From Ignavibacteria bacterium (lineage in GTDB: Bacteria; Bacteroidota; Ignavibacteria; Kapaibacteriales; Kapaibacteriaceae): 64,000 nt of DNA. The stretch is taken from the NCBI GenBank assembly GCA_016191145.1, contig JACPPD010000007.1:16021-80020 (forward strand), read 5' to 3'. Position numbers and translations under genes: made by a program. Below are positions 1-10,720 of this stretch, piece by piece. Under the pieces are notes generated by a model. It was not told the DNA's origin and searched no databases. It worked only from the letters and a program-made list of their open reading frames with translations. Position 1 is the stretch's first letter. Each line of letters starts with the position of its first letter.

Positions 1-1
1 G

Positions 2-451
2 AAACGAGGCGGCGCGCAGGCAGATTCTGTCAATCTCATCTTGTACGTCCTGTTCACTTGCCACCCTCACCAACCGCTGAACGTTGAGTCCTCTGTAATC
101 GCCCAATGAAAAGTCGGGCATGATTTCGAATCCAATCGTAAACGTGACGCCGTCGCTCGATTTTGAAATGTCTGAAAGCGTGGGATGTCCCACAACTCGT
201 TGAGACTCCTCCGATGCATAACGCCTGAACTCCTCATCGGCAATTGATTCGAGGGCCTCAGCTTCGATTTCACGTCCAAACTTTTGTTTGACAATTGAAA
301 TCGGGACCTTACCCTTTCTGAATCCTGGAAGAGAGATTCCCGACTGCGCCTTCTGATATGCGGTATCAAAGTGAGGTCGCAGGTCCGACAAAGTCAAGGA
401 AATCTGAATCTCCCGACGGCATCCATCAACTGTGGTGAGAGTCCTTTGCAA
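2..451 (-). CDS. tig: Trigger factor, N-terminal part (runs off the left edge; not in the ORF track)
   Basis: Manual minus-strand translation from TTG at 451 gives (M)QRTLTTVDGCRREIQISL...SLPGFRKGKVPISIVKQKFG..., which contains the ribosome-binding signature PGFRKGKVP. It lies directly downstream of tRNA-Leu, a common arrangement. Confidence 0.93.
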   Translation of the reverse strand, partial: MQRTLTTVDGCRREIQISLTLSDLRPHFDTAYQKAQSGISLPGFRKGKVPISIVKQKFGREIEAEALESIADEEFRRYASEESQRVVGHPTLSDISKSSDGVTFTIGFEIMPDFSLGDYRGLNVQRLVRVASEQDVQDEIDRICLRAASF

Positions 452-483
452 CGTGCATACTCCGAGTGATCAATTTGGAAGGG

Positions 484-565
484 TGCGGAAGGGGAGACTC
501 GAACTCCCACGGGTTGCCCCGCCAGATCCTAAGTCTGGTGCGTCTGCCAATTCCGCCACTCCCGC
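484..565 (-). tRNA. tRNA-Leu(UAG)
   Basis: Reverse complement is GCGGGAGTGGCGGAATTGGCAGACGCACCAGACTTAGGATCTGGCGGGGCAACCCGTGGGAGTTCGAGTCTCCCCTTCCGCA. It has a D-loop GG, anticodon loop CT-TAG-GA, a long variable arm and T-loop GTTCGAG. CCA is not encoded (CCC follows). Confidence 0.97.
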
Positions 566-572
566 AGAACCG

Positions 573-580
573 CAAAGATA
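573..580 (-). promoter_or_regulatory. Bacteroidetes-type -7 promoter element (TATCTTTG) for tRNA-Leu/tig
   Basis: Exact TAnnTTTG match a few nt upstream of the tRNA 5' end. Confidence 0.65.
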
Positions 581-605
581 TGTACAGGTGATTTTTAAAC
601 CGTTC

Positions 606-647
606 CAACACCATGCCGGGTATCTCTTGATACCCGGCATGGTGTTG
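606..647. repeat. Perfect 19-bp inverted repeat with a 4-nt loop
   Basis: CAACACCATGCCGGGTATC-tctt-GATACCCGGCATGGTGTTG. Confidence 0.95.
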
Positions 648-691
648 CGGCATGGTTCATCTGTTCGTGCCGTTGATGCAAATTGCCGTCC

Positions 692-1996
692 ATGAGCGAA
701 AGAACCCGACTTGTAATTATCGGAGGTGGTTGGGCCGGCATTGCCGCGGCAGTGGAAGCTGTTGAGCGTGGACGTCACGTTACGCTGGTTGAAGAGCGAC
801 AGTACCTGGGTGGCCGCGCTCACAGTTTTATAGACAAACACACTTCAACCGAGATTGATAACGGCCAGCACCTCCTTATGGGTTGCTATCATCAGACGTT
901 GTCGATACTAAAAAAACTTAATACACATCATTTGTTGGAATGGCAGCGCGCGCTTCGGGTTGTGTTTGTTGATGTAAACGGTAAACGTAGCGTCCTTGAT
1001 GCATCGAAACTTCCCGGCATATTCGGTGTTGCAGCGGGCATACTGCGCTTGCAGAGCCTGCCACTGTCGTCGCGGTTTTCAATCATACGTTTTGCTTTAA
1101 TGGTGCTACTAAATCGGATCCAACCCGGTGATGCTACGTGCATGGAGCTACTGAACAAGCACGGGCAGCCCATTGATGCAATCAATGCGTTTTGGAAGCC
1201 CCTTATCCTAGCCACATTGAACTCGCCATTAGAAACGGCCGACTCAGGAATGCTCATTGCTGTGATGAAGCTGGCATTTTTTTCAGGGGGCGAGAATTCG
1301 AAACTTATACTTCCGGCTACTACGCTGGGAGATCTGACGGCGCCAGTAACGTCGTGGATTGCTGAGCATGGCGGTGCTGTTCTGCTGAAGTCACGGGCAG
1401 AGTCTTTTGCAATTCAAAACGGAAGAATCACTCACGTAACACTTAATGATGGAACAACCATCGCTACAGATGCTGTGGTAACGTGCATACCTGTGCATGC
1501 GCTTAAGAGATTGCTTCCATCGGCAGGTATTTCCGACTTTGAGGTTTCGCCGATTGTAAACGTGTACCTATGGTACAGTCAGCCATGGCTCGATGAGCCG
1601 TTTGTGGCAATGGTGGGTACACTTGTACAGTGGGTGTTTAATAAGGACAATCGGCAGGGTCAGTTAGTAGCCATCACGATTTCTGCAGCATCCGATGTTG
1701 TCGGACAGGATTCCGATACACTTATTACACGATGCGATGAAGAGCTGCGCAATGCATTTCCTTCAATGACAGGTAGTGTGTTGCAGCACGGTCTGGTATT
1801 AAAAGAAAAAACAGCAACACCACTCTTCAAGCCGGATGAAAGATCGAAGCGTGTTGTCGACTACGGTCTGTTGCCCGAGAACATTGGTATAGCAGGCGAT
1901 TGGACTAACACTGGTTTGCCCGCTACGATTGAAGGTGCAGCAAGAAGCGGCGTTGCAGCCATTCAGCGAGTTTTACAAAACCAAGTCCGGCAATAG
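692..1996 (+). CDS. hpnE: Hydroxysqualene dehydroxylase / squalene-associated FAD-dependent desaturase
   Basis: Rossmann motif IIGGGWAGIAAA, LGGRAHSF, IDNGQHLLMGCY, EKTATP and AGDWTNTGLPATIEGAARSG. Start placed at ATG 692 (ORF track 683). Confidence 0.85.
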   Translation: MSERTRLVIIGGGWAGIAAAVEAVERGRHVTLVEERQYLGGRAHSFIDKHTSTEIDNGQHLLMGCYHQTLSILKKLNTHHLLEWQRALRVVFVDVNGKRSVLDASKLPGIFGVAAGILRLQSLPLSSRFSIIRFALMVLLNRIQPGDATCMELLNKHGQPIDAINAFWKPLILATLNSPLETADSGMLIAVMKLAFFSGGENSKLILPATTLGDLTAPVTSWIAEHGGAVLLKSRAESFAIQNGRITHVTLNDGTTIATDAVVTCIPVHALKRLLPSAGISDFEVSPIVNVYLWYSQPWLDEPFVAMVGTLVQWVFNKDNRQGQLVAITISAASDVVGQDSDTLITRCDEELRNAFPSMTGSVLQHGLVLKEKTATPLFKPDERSKRVVDYGLLPENIGIAGDWTNTGLPATIEGAARSGVAAIQRVLQNQVRQ

Positions 1997-2468
1997 CGCC
2001 AATTGCCATACCAGCTATCACATCGGTTGGCCAGTGCACACCACAGTATATCCGCGAAAAGCTCACGGTAATAGCAATGGTCCACCAAACCCATCGCTGC
2101 TTTGGGTAAAAATGGCTGAGTATAACTGCTGCTGCCGTGTTGTTAAGTGCATGATTGGAAGGGAAGGAACCTGCTCCGCTGGTAACGAGTAGGTGCACGT
2201 CCGACAGTACATCGTACGGACGCAGTCTCGAGATAGGCTGTTTTAGAAGATACGTGCTCGCCGGATCAAGTACTGCAACTGCAACTACAAGTGTGGCAGC
2301 ACAAATACGTCCTCGCATGCCCCCTTTCCAAATCAACCAAATAATGGCAATAACATACACTGGTCTCCAGTACGCCGTGCTAGTAACGATGGGCATTACA
2401 GCATTAAATACGAAATTTGAGAGTTCGTGGTTAATTGCGTAAAACAGCCAGGTATCAAAGGTCATCAT
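1923..2468 (-). CDS. PAP2-family membrane phosphatase (undecaprenyl-diphosphatase-like)
   Basis: PAP2 motifs KQPISRLRP, SFPSNHA and SRIYCGVHWPTDV, with several TM helices. Confidence 0.9.
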   Translation of the reverse strand: MMTFDTWLFYAINHELSNFVFNAVMPIVTSTAYWRPVYVIAIIWLIWKGGMRGRICAATLVVAVAVLDPASTYLLKQPISRLRPYDVLSDVHLLVTSGAGSFPSNHALNNTAAAVILSHFYPKQRWVWWTIAITVSFSRIYCGVHWPTDVIAGMAIGAIAGLGFVKLAEWLQRRFLLHLQS

Positions 2469-2546
2469 GAATGTAAGCTCACCATTTTTTTCCACACAAA
2501 CCAATGAAGATTGACGGCATTATTTAATCAGATTATTTTGGTAATT

Positions 2547-2581
2547 ACTATCTGTGGCAATGGAGGTAGTTCACAGATAGT
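2547..2581. promoter_or_regulatory. 10-bp inverted repeat upstream of nrdJ (candidate operator)
   Basis: ACTATCTGTG (2547-2556) and CACAGATAGT (2572-2581), with a 15-nt spacer. Confidence 0.4.
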
Positions 2582-2675
2582 TCCCACCTCAGTTTTTCAA
2601 ATAATTCGTTTTTTCAGCGGTTGGTAAATGCCAAACCGCGGCGGTAGCGTCGCTAATAAATTACGTGGAGGATTC

Positions 2676-5600
2676 ATGAAAATAGCGCGACGATTTACAT
2701 CAATAGGTGTGAGTCCTTTCGATCAGTTCACCTATTCAATCCGCACTTCGATATTGCGAGGGACAGATGGCAAGACGGTATTTCAGATGGACAACATCGA
2801 AGTACCAGAGCAATGGTCGGAGATGGCGTCAGATATTCTTGCTCAGAAATATTTCCGTAAAGCTGGTGTACCACAACTTGATGAGAATGGTAATCAGCTT
2901 ACCAATGAAAAGGGTGAGCCAATAACTGGTCCAGAACGGTCTATCAAGCAAGTTGTTCATCGTCTTGCAGGATGCTGGCAGTGGTGGGGCGAGAAGTACG
3001 GCTACTTCGATACACCAGAAGATGCAGAGGCATTTTATGATGAAGTTGCCTATATGCTTCTCAAGCAAATGGCTGCACCTAATTCGCCACAGTGGTTCAA
3101 TACCGGATTGCACTTTGCATACGGAATTACGGGGTCTGCACAGGGTCACTACTACGTCGATCCCGATACAAAACGACTCTCACGCTCAACCGATGCATAC
3201 AGTCATCCGCAGCCGCATGCGTGCTTCATACAGTCGGTGAACGACGATTTGGTAAATGAAGGGGGCATCTTTGACCTTGCTACACGCGAGGCCCGCATTT
3301 TCAAATATGGATCGGGTACTGGTACCAACTTTTCAAGTCTTCGCGGAGAAAAGGAAAAGCTGTCAGGCGGTGGAGTATCGTCTGGCTTAATGTCGTTCCT
3401 CAAGATCTTCGATCGCGCTGCAGGCGCCATAAAAAGTGGCGGAACAACCAGGCGTGCCGCTAAGATGGTGATTGTTAATGTCGATCACCCCGACATAGAA
3501 AAGTTCATTGAATGGAAAGCAAAGGAAGAAGAAAAAGTTGCTTCTCTGGTTGCCGGATCCCGTATCTGTGCAACGTTCTTACAGGCAATAATGGATGAAG
3601 CCTATGCTCATGGCGCAGATCCTCACGTCAACCATACTCTCGATTTGCTGATTCGTAAGGCACTGCACCGCGGTGTGCCGTATAACACCGTCAGACGAAC
3701 GCTGGATTTAGTTGCTCAGGGTTTTACATCACTCGATTTCGACACATTTGATACGCATTACGAAGGTGAAGCATACATCACCGTGGCCGGACAGAATTCA
3801 AACAATACTGTTCGCGTTACCAACGATTTCATGGAAGCAGTGCTTAAAGACAGCACATGGGATTTGGTATGGAGAACAGACAAATCCAAGATAGCAACTG
3901 TGCGCGCCAGGGATTTATGGCATAAGATTAATATGAGTGCCTGGAAAAGCGCCGATCCGGGTCTGCAGTTCGACACAACCATAAACGAATGGCACACGTG
4001 CCCGGCAGATGGCCGCATCAATGCGTCGAACCCGTGTTCGGAATATATGTTTCTCGATGACACGGCATGCAACCTTGCTTCGCTGAATCTTAAACATTTT
4101 TACAATGAAGCCACCGGAGGTTTCAATGTAGACGATTACCAGCATGCTATTCGGCTGTGGACGGTAGTCCTCGAAATCTCCGTCTTGATGGCGCAGTTCC
4201 CTTCAAAAGACGTTGCTCAAAAAAGTTACGATTTCCGCACTCTCGGTTTAGGATATGCCAACCTCGGTACTGTGCTGATGATTATGGGCATACCGTACGA
4301 CTCGCCAAGGGCGCTTTCGATCTGCGGAGCATTGTCGGCAATCCTAACTGGAGAAGCTTATGCAACGTCGGCGGAAATGGCACGCGACGTTAGCCCCTTT
4401 CCCAAATTCAAAAACAATCGGGATGCGATGCTGCGTGTTGTACGCAATCACAGGCGCGCGGCATACAATGGCAGCGAAAAGGATTATGAGGGGCTGTCTA
4501 TCTACCCCATGGGTATAGATCAGGACCTTTGTTTGCCGGAGCTGCTCGAGGCGTCGCACGCTACGTGGGACAGAGCCCTGGAACTTGGCGAGCAATACGG
4601 GTACAGAAACGCACAGGTATCGGTAATCGCACCAACGGGAACCATTGGGCTTGTTATGGACTGCGATACAACAGGCATAGAGCCCGATTTTGCAATAGTA
4701 AAATTCAAAAAGTTAGCGGGCGGCGGATACTTCAAAATTGTGAATCAAAGCGTCAGCAAGGCGCTGCACAGGCTTGGGTACACTGATAAACAAATTGACG
4801 ATATTGCTAAATATTGCAAGGGTAATGGAACCTTTACGGGTTGTCCCGCCATCAATAGAGCATCGCTCAGGCACAAGGGTCTTACGGATCAGGTAATAGA
4901 CCATATCAACGACTTGCTGACCACTGCGTTTGATATGCGTTTTGTGTTTAACCGGTTTACACTTGGCGACGATCTATGCCACAGGTTGGGATTCAGCGAC
5001 GAACAGCTCGATGATCCCGGCTTCAGTATTCTCGAGGAACTCGGATTCTCGCTTGAAGAAATCGATGCCGCCAATACCTTTATCTGCGGTACGATGATGA
5101 TAGAGGGCGCCCCGCACATTTTAGCTGAACATCTGCCAATCTTCGATTGTGCCAACAGATGCGGCAAGGATGGGAAACGCTATATCGACTACATGGCACA
5201 TGTAAGAATGATGTCTGCAGCGCAGTCATTCATCAGCGGAGCAATATCAAAGACCATCAACATGCCGGGAGAGGCTACCATCGATCAGGTAGAAGAAGTG
5301 CACATTGAATCGTGGAAGATGATGATAAAAGCAATTGCACTGTACCGCGATGGATCCAAGCTCTCGCAGCCACTTAATGCCAGCGCGGATAACTATAACG
5401 AAGTTGTAATGCTCGGCGACGAGGATACACTCGACGAGTCCAAGGGTCCGAAGGAAGTATATGAGGTAATTCGGGAACGTGTATACCATAGAGCCGAACG
5501 GCGTCGGCTGCCAAAGCGGCGTCACGGCTACGTCCGGGAAGCCACCGTTGGCGGACATAAGGTATACCTTCGCACGGGAGAATATGAAGATGGAACTCTG

Positions 5601-6146
5601 GGTGAAATTTTCATCGACATGTATAAGGAAGGGGCTTCATTCAAGGGGCTGATGAACTGTTTTGCAGTGCTTGCTTCAAAAGCGCTTCAGTATGGAGTGC
5701 CCCTGAACGAACTCGTAGACACATTTACATTTACACGCTTTGAACCGGCTGGCTTTGTAGAAGGACATGAAGCTATCAAGAATGCTACGTCGATGATTGA
5801 CTACGTCTTTAGAACTCTTGGCTACGACTATCTTGATCGCACAGATTTCGTCCACGTTAAAGCCGTCGACGAAGTCAATCCTGCACCATCATCAATTGAA
5901 CCGCCGCCGTCCGATGTCCCACATGGAGCCATACGGGTGCAGGACCCGGAATCGTATCGTCCGCCACTTGAAGTGGGTCCCGAAGGCGGACCCAAACCGG
6001 GCTCGAAATCTGTAGCGTCTGGCGTTAACCTAAGACTGCTTGGCTATACAGGCGACCAGTGCCCACGATGCTCCAGCAGCAGGATGCGCAGAAACGGAAG
6101 TTGTATGGTTTGCGAGGACTGTGGGGAAACAACCGGCTGCTCGTAA
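2676..6146 (+). CDS. nrdJ: Class II (adenosylcobalamin-dependent) ribonucleotide reductase
   Basis: Motifs [33 protein letters not shown] and IAPTGTIGL, plus a C-terminal TSCPD domain and CxxC...[11 protein letters not shown]. GGAGG RBS precedes ATG 2676. Confidence 0.96.
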   Translation: MKIARRFTSIGVSPFDQFTYSIRTSILRGTDGKTVFQMDNIEVPEQWSEMASDILAQKYFRKAGVPQLDENGNQLTNEKGEPITGPERSIKQVVHRLAGCWQWWGEKYGYFDTPEDAEAFYDEVAYMLLKQMAAPNSPQWFNTGLHFAYGITGSAQGHYYVDPDTKRLSRSTDAYSHPQPHACFIQSVNDDLVNEGGIFDLATREARIFKYGSGTGTNFSSLRGEKEKLSGGGVSSGLMSFLKIFDRAAGAIKSGGTTRRAAKMVIVNVDHPDIEKFIEWKAKEEEKVASLVAGSRICATFLQAIMDEAYAHGADPHVNHTLDLLIRKALHRGVPYNTVRRTLDLVAQGFTSLDFDTFDTHYEGEAYITVAGQNSNNTVRVTNDFMEAVLKDSTWDLVWRTDKSKIATVRARDLWHKINMSAWKSADPGLQFDTTINEWHTCPADGRINASNPCSEYMFLDDTACNLASLNLKHFYNEATGGFNVDDYQHAIRLWTVVLEISVLMAQFPSKDVAQKSYDFRTLGLGYANLGTVLMIMGIPYDSPRALSICGALSAILTGEAYATSAEMARDVSPFPKFKNNRDAMLRVVRNHRRAAYNGSEKDYEGLSIYPMGIDQDLCLPELLEASHATWDRALELGEQYGYRNAQVSVIAPTGTIGLVMDCDTTGIEPDFAIVKFKKLAGGGYFKIVNQSVSKALHRLGYTDKQIDDIAKYCKGNGTFTGCPAINRASLRHKGLTDQVIDHINDLLTTAFDMRFVFNRFTLGDDLCHRLGFSDEQLDDPGFSILEELGFSLEEIDAANTFICGTMMIEGAPHILAEHLPIFDCANRCGKDGKRYIDYMAHVRMMSAAQSFISGAISKTINMPGEATIDQVEEVHIESWKMMIKAIALYRDGSKLSQPLNASADNYNEVVMLGDEDTLDESKGPKEVYEVIRERVYHRAERRRLPKRRHGYVREATVGGHKVYLRTGEYEDGTLGEIFIDMYKEGASFKGLMNCFAVLASKALQYGVPLNELVDTFTFTRFEPAGFVEGHEAIKNATSMIDYVFRTLGYDYLDRTDFVHVKAVDEVNPAPSSIEPPPSDVPHGAIRVQDPESYRPPLEVGPEGGPKPGSKSVASGVNLRLLGYTGDQCPRCSSSRMRRNGSCMVCEDCGETTGCS

Positions 6147-6299
6147 CCGATACAATAGATTCCAGGGTAACCTGTTTCAGCAAGGCGCGGTACTCAAGTA
6201 CATAATTTTCTTTGGTTAAACCGCGCCAAGAGGCTATTTTTTGAGTCTTCCTGATGTGAACAAAAGGTAGTCTGTCACTTTTATTTAAGGATCATTATT

Positions 6300-6728
6300 A
6301 TGAAAATGCGTGTTTTGGCAGCGATACTTGCCACAACCTTTGCTATGGTTGCCGTGGCAAGTGCGGGCGTTAGGTGTGGTGAGCCGATGAAAGCCTCGAA
6401 GGCATCAAATGAATCAACAACGGGGACTGCAACGAATCATGCTGTGAAACCGGCTTCAGTTGCAAACAACGAAGCAGCGAAATCTGCAGCTACTGCAAGT
6501 GCCGATGTGAAACCAGCAACTGCGACGACTGCTGCTACAACTGTTTCAGATGACCATTGTTCAGATGCAAAAAAGGCATCGATGTCGGCCAGTGACAAGG
6601 CTTCGTGCAGCGGTTATAAATCGACGAAGTCTTCCATGACGTCAGTCAGTGAGTCGGCAACAACTGCACCGACAGTTGCTTCCGGAGCTGCAGTTGTTCC
6701 AGTTGCACAGACTGAGACGCCTAAATAA
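6300..6728 (+). CDS. Secreted low-complexity Ala/Thr/Ser-rich protein with three Cys
   Basis: Signal peptide MKMRVLAAILATTFAMVAVASA and an AAGGA RBS. The remainder looks disordered. Confidence 0.7.
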   Translation: MKMRVLAAILATTFAMVAVASAGVRCGEPMKASKASNESTTGTATNHAVKPASVANNEAAKSAATASADVKPATATTAATTVSDDHCSDAKKASMSASDKASCSGYKSTKSSMTSVSESATTAPTVASGAAVVPVAQTETPK

Positions 6729-6838
6729 TTCGGTTGGCATGGAAACAAGCGGGAGTCTTGCCGAAGTAGACGGGATGATTGTTCCTATCTGCAAAGTGGC
6801 GGAAATGCAAGAATATTATAGAGTAATGGGAGACTAAC

Positions 6839-8986
6839 ATGTCTAAAGGCGGCGCCGGCAAGGTTTACTTTGTGTTGTACCTTGCCGTTATCCTTGAGCT
6901 CCTCATCATTATTGTTGAGCGAGACGAAGCCGAGGAGCATCTTATCAAGAAGCAGAAGGAGTCGATGCGCATTGTAGAAAGCATCCTCTCTCAGCTTCAG
7001 GTAGGTGCTGGTACCGAAGGTATCACTACACGTCCCCAGGACCAAATAACGATTCCTCCGCCCAACGTTAACATCAAAGAGTTGATGGGTGGTGTAGATA
7101 TCAAGGCAGAACGCAAGTATCTCGTGGAAGTTGGTATCACGGACGTATCGTCGAATCTAAAAACAGTGGAAGGCGAGGAGCCTGAAGAATATATTGGGCG
7201 ATTAAAGAGATTCTTACGCCTTTCAAATGTTACCGACTTGAAGTACGAAATCCTTTACAGCTCGAATAAGGATGAAACCGTTCCCATGGACCCGGCAGAG
7301 TGGGCGCTTAAAGATAGTTCGCAACTGAAACTTAATTATAAAAAAATGGAGGATAAGATCGACGAGCGATATTCAACGATTTCGAGTAATCCAAAGGCGT
7401 TTGTTGATAGTGTTCAGCAAATCCTACTTGACGCTACGTACGATCCCGCAACGGAAACAACATTCAAGCCGCGCAAAATCACCGAACCGGAATATTATTA
7501 TTCAAGACTGGAAACAGAAACTCTTGGAGCCGAAGCATCGAGAAAAAAACGAACCTTTGTTGTCAACTTCGAACCCAGGGATGCCGGTTGGTACAAGCTC
7601 AAGTTTTCTTCGCAGACAAACAAGATTCTCGGAGTATCGGTAAAAGAAGGACAAGGCTACGACATCGATCCGGAAGAAAAGGTAAATATTGGTACTGTTC
7701 AATTAAAGGTTAAAGACTTAATTAAGGTGCGTGAGGAGTTGCTCAAGACAACGGATGGACTCCCCAGCGCAGAGCTAGTACGAACAAGTTTGGAAGAATT
7801 CGAACAAAAGCTTGCTGCTCTTTCCGATTCTACAGAAGAACTTCCTGCGAAGGCCAGAATTCGGTTGTACGGCGCTATTGTTAAGCTTACCACTCCTGGT
7901 ATCAAGGCAGAAACTGCCTTCCGCCAAAACCAGGGCGAAATAGAGTTCAACATCCGTGTGCTGAAACCTACGCCACAGATTACAGACCCAAAGATTGCCG
8001 ATATAGAAACAACTGTTCGCGTGTTTGATAAACTTTCCAAGCTTGTACTGCCAATGCAGGTAACTCCGGCAAACGGGCAAACGGAGTTTGAAAAGAATCC
8101 TGGGCAGGCTACAATTGGTGGTTCGGGAGCAACCGTCAGTTCTTCGGACGGTGCAACAAAATGGATTTCTAAAACGCTTGAAATTCCCATAGCCGGAAAC
8201 CTTGCACCCCGAGAAGAACCGTATGTGTTCGAGATTTATCAGCGAAACCAATCCAAGCGCTCAGAGCTGGTACAGTGTTCGGTGTTTGTATACCCATCAA
8301 AGATTACAAACGAAGACGAAGTCAAATCTGTGCTTGAGGCATCGTGGGGCGATAATATCGAGCTTGTTGCCAGTCCATCTTCGGGTAATACTATCAAACC
8401 CAATGAATTCATCATGCAGTTTAATATGGGAGGGGGCTCACAAATTGCGCCCTTCCGCAAGCTTGCTGTTCAGGCTACGGATAAAATCATAGTGCCGCCG
8501 GGAACAGACAAGGTACAACTGACAATTGGGTGGAAAGATCCCCGCTCGAATGAAACCGTTGAACTCTTTAGTGGATCTGGTGAAGTAGGTCTTAAAAAGC
8601 CCGTGATAATTACAACAGACATGAGGTCGGAGCCGATTGTCGACAACATGAGCGGTGAGTTCAAAGTTGTTGGGATATTGATTCGGCCACCAAGCATCAG
8701 TGAAACAGAGCGAGCCGATGTCGGTGAAGTTAATGTTGCCGTCAGCAGTGCAACTGTACGGGATATGAAAACGAGCCAGACTTACAAGGCAATCGTCGTT
8801 GGAAAGCCGAGGAAGGTTTCCGGAATGAATTACGAAGTTGTTTTGAAGCTTCAAGGTCCCAAATTCCCACTCACACGCGGACAGGTGAAAGGGAATGTAG
8901 CAATAACAATTTCTGCGAGCGCAAGATCGCAGGGAGCAGAATCCCGACCGCGGCAGCTAACAAAAACTGTGTCGGTCAGTAATTAG
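6839..8986 (+). CDS. Single-pass membrane protein with a large periplasmic helical plus beta-rich region (remote GldM/PorM-like architecture)
   Basis: N-terminal TM KVYFVLYLAVILELLIIIV with no cleavage site, then a charged helical segment and beta-strand-rich C-terminal domains. GGAG RBS. The ORF is clear; the function is inferred. Confidence 0.6.
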   Translation: MSKGGAGKVYFVLYLAVILELLIIIVERDEAEEHLIKKQKESMRIVESILSQLQVGAGTEGITTRPQDQITIPPPNVNIKELMGGVDIKAERKYLVEVGITDVSSNLKTVEGEEPEEYIGRLKRFLRLSNVTDLKYEILYSSNKDETVPMDPAEWALKDSSQLKLNYKKMEDKIDERYSTISSNPKAFVDSVQQILLDATYDPATETTFKPRKITEPEYYYSRLETETLGAEASRKKRTFVVNFEPRDAGWYKLKFSSQTNKILGVSVKEGQGYDIDPEEKVNIGTVQLKVKDLIKVREELLKTTDGLPSAELVRTSLEEFEQKLAALSDSTEELPAKARIRLYGAIVKLTTPGIKAETAFRQNQGEIEFNIRVLKPTPQITDPKIADIETTVRVFDKLSKLVLPMQVTPANGQTEFEKNPGQATIGGSGATVSSSDGATKWISKTLEIPIAGNLAPREEPYVFEIYQRNQSKRSELVQCSVFVYPSKITNEDEVKSVLEASWGDNIELVASPSSGNTIKPNEFIMQFNMGGGSQIAPFRKLAVQATDKIIVPPGTDKVQLTIGWKDPRSNETVELFSGSGEVGLKKPVIITTDMRSEPIVDNMSGEFKVVGILIRPPSISETERADVGEVNVAVSSATVRDMKTSQTYKAIVVGKPRKVSGMNYEVVLKLQGPKFPLTRGQVKGNVAITISASARSQGAESRPRQLTKTVSVSN

Positions 8987-9019
8987 TACAAAGTAAACAC
9001 ACACGCTATAGGGCCGTCT

Positions 9020-10687
9020 ATGACTCGATTGCGAAGAGCAGTATTGATGTTTCTGGTGATTTGTTTGGCTGGAGTACCTGCCATAGCGCAACAAAATTCA
9101 GCAGTCAAGAATCTTCTCCTCAGGTTCAAAAACTGGAGATACGGTATGGTATCCGTCTTCAAGGTTAGCGATGAAGAAACTGGTGTACCAGGTTTGAATA
9201 TTCTGTTAGGTCCCAAAGAACCGGACCTTAACTCCGAAGCTCAGGAATGTAAATCGAAGGATGATATTGAAAGTTACGTTCTTACCGGCGGCGAAGGAAT
9301 GGATGACAAGGAAATCCAGAGGCTCCTCCGTGAAAAGGGCTGCAAGGCCTACGAGCGATACTACACGCAACGCGTGGCATGGGAACGAGCCCAGTTCAAA
9401 AAAGCATACGTTGTTACAACCAGGCGCGTACAGGGCGAACCGTTTCAGGTAATTGGCTTGCTAACACAGCGGAACTCTGAAAGCTACTATGGCATCAAGG
9501 ACGACCTTGACCCACCAACAGATATTTTTCTTGCAACGGAACTTCAGTCGAAACTGCTTGATGAACCTGTCTTGGTAAATGCCGTAGTGAAGAAAGGGCG
9601 TGAAGTACTAGGCGGAACTGCAGCAGCCAGCCTTCTGGAATTTCTTGAGAATCAGGTTATTCAGGGGAACTATGAAAATGTTACGCCCGAAGCACAGGGG
9701 ATAGGCGAAGAGGGAATAAGGTTTGCAAGGAAACGGTACGGCAATACCATGGGAATATCGGAAGACGATGTTCAAACGTACATCAGGGTATCAGAGGGAT
9801 TGCCGCAGGATTATCAGAACAATAATGAAGTCATCGTAAGTGTTGCCGACGGAGTTTCCTATCGCAGGTATCAGCGCAAAGCGTCGGCAGCTTCTGCTCA
9901 GGGCACAGGAACGGATGAACTCGACAGTACTGTAGCGATGAACTCCAGCCTGCCGATTTATGGAGTCGAATTACGCTATGGGCTGGAGGCAATTAACTAC
10001 CCGTCCGTTTGGAGTGAACGCCTGACGCTTAATGCACTATGGGGGTCGTCCAGATTGGGTCTGATTTTACCAACAAACGGTTGGTCGTCCATATCTACAA
10101 CTTTTGGCAACACGCGGACGATGACCTATGCCGGACTTGGCGTGAGCGGCGCGTTTGATTTCCCGATTAAAGTCGTCAGCGAGTCAGGCGTGTTCAACTT
10201 GTCTACGAGCTACGTCTTTGATGATGCTAAACAAAGCAACTATATGCGGTATAATCCGGAGACGCAAAGAAACGAAGATTACCTTGTTCGATATCATGCA
10301 TCGTTACAATACTCGTTTGCTGTTCAAATCGACAAAGAGTTTTCGTTCCGTATGCGGTTAGGCGGTACGTTGTATGGCATGGAATCTTGGGCTGTCGATG
10401 CATCGATTCCTGATAGTGTAGAATACAAAAAGGTGGCAACTGAGACCATTGGCGGTATATCCGGACGAATTGACTTTATGACGACTGCATGGTCTACTCC
10501 AGTTGGCTTCTCATTGTCGTATTTCGATGAGTCGTTGTTGTCCCTTGCATGGCTGCAGATTCCCATCATGCAGAATTTTGCAATGAGGCTCGATGTACAA
10601 GTCTTCTCTCCGCTTTTGCGCGATCCGCACCCGTGGGAGACTAATTCTGTTGTAATCCCAAGCCTTCGATTCATTTTCAACTTCTAA
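9020..10687 (+). CDS. Putative outer-membrane beta-barrel protein with N-terminal soluble domain (paralog A)
   Basis: Signal peptide ending AIA-Q, amphipathic beta-strands in the C-terminal half, and terminal LRFIFNF (BAM-type aromatic end). Confidence 0.7.
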   Translation: MTRLRRAVLMFLVICLAGVPAIAQQNSAVKNLLLRFKNWRYGMVSVFKVSDEETGVPGLNILLGPKEPDLNSEAQECKSKDDIESYVLTGGEGMDDKEIQRLLREKGCKAYERYYTQRVAWERAQFKKAYVVTTRRVQGEPFQVIGLLTQRNSESYYGIKDDLDPPTDIFLATELQSKLLDEPVLVNAVVKKGREVLGGTAAASLLEFLENQVIQGNYENVTPEAQGIGEEGIRFARKRYGNTMGISEDDVQTYIRVSEGLPQDYQNNNEVIVSVADGVSYRRYQRKASAASAQGTGTDELDSTVAMNSSLPIYGVELRYGLEAINYPSVWSERLTLNALWGSSRLGLILPTNGWSSISTTFGNTRTMTYAGLGVSGAFDFPIKVVSESGVFNLSTSYVFDDAKQSNYMRYNPETQRNEDYLVRYHASLQYSFAVQIDKEFSFRMRLGGTLYGMESWAVDASIPDSVEYKKVATETIGGISGRIDFMTTAWSTPVGFSLSYFDESLLSLAWLQIPIMQNFAMRLDVQVFSPLLRDPHPWETNSVVIPSLRFIFNF

Positions 10688-10720
10688 CAAGCCCCTTACC
10701 GAAAAGAGAATGGATAAATA

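Noticed and set aside
452-486. tRNA ending CCC rather than CCA as an integration scar
   Set aside because: tig follows immediately in the usual synteny, and no duplicated tRNA 3' end was seen. CCA can be added enzymatically.
2676-6146. Intein or intron in nrdJ, or a cobalamin riboswitch upstream
   Set aside because: The ORF is continuous with no intein splice or endonuclease motifs. The short upstream region lacks recognisable B12-element features.
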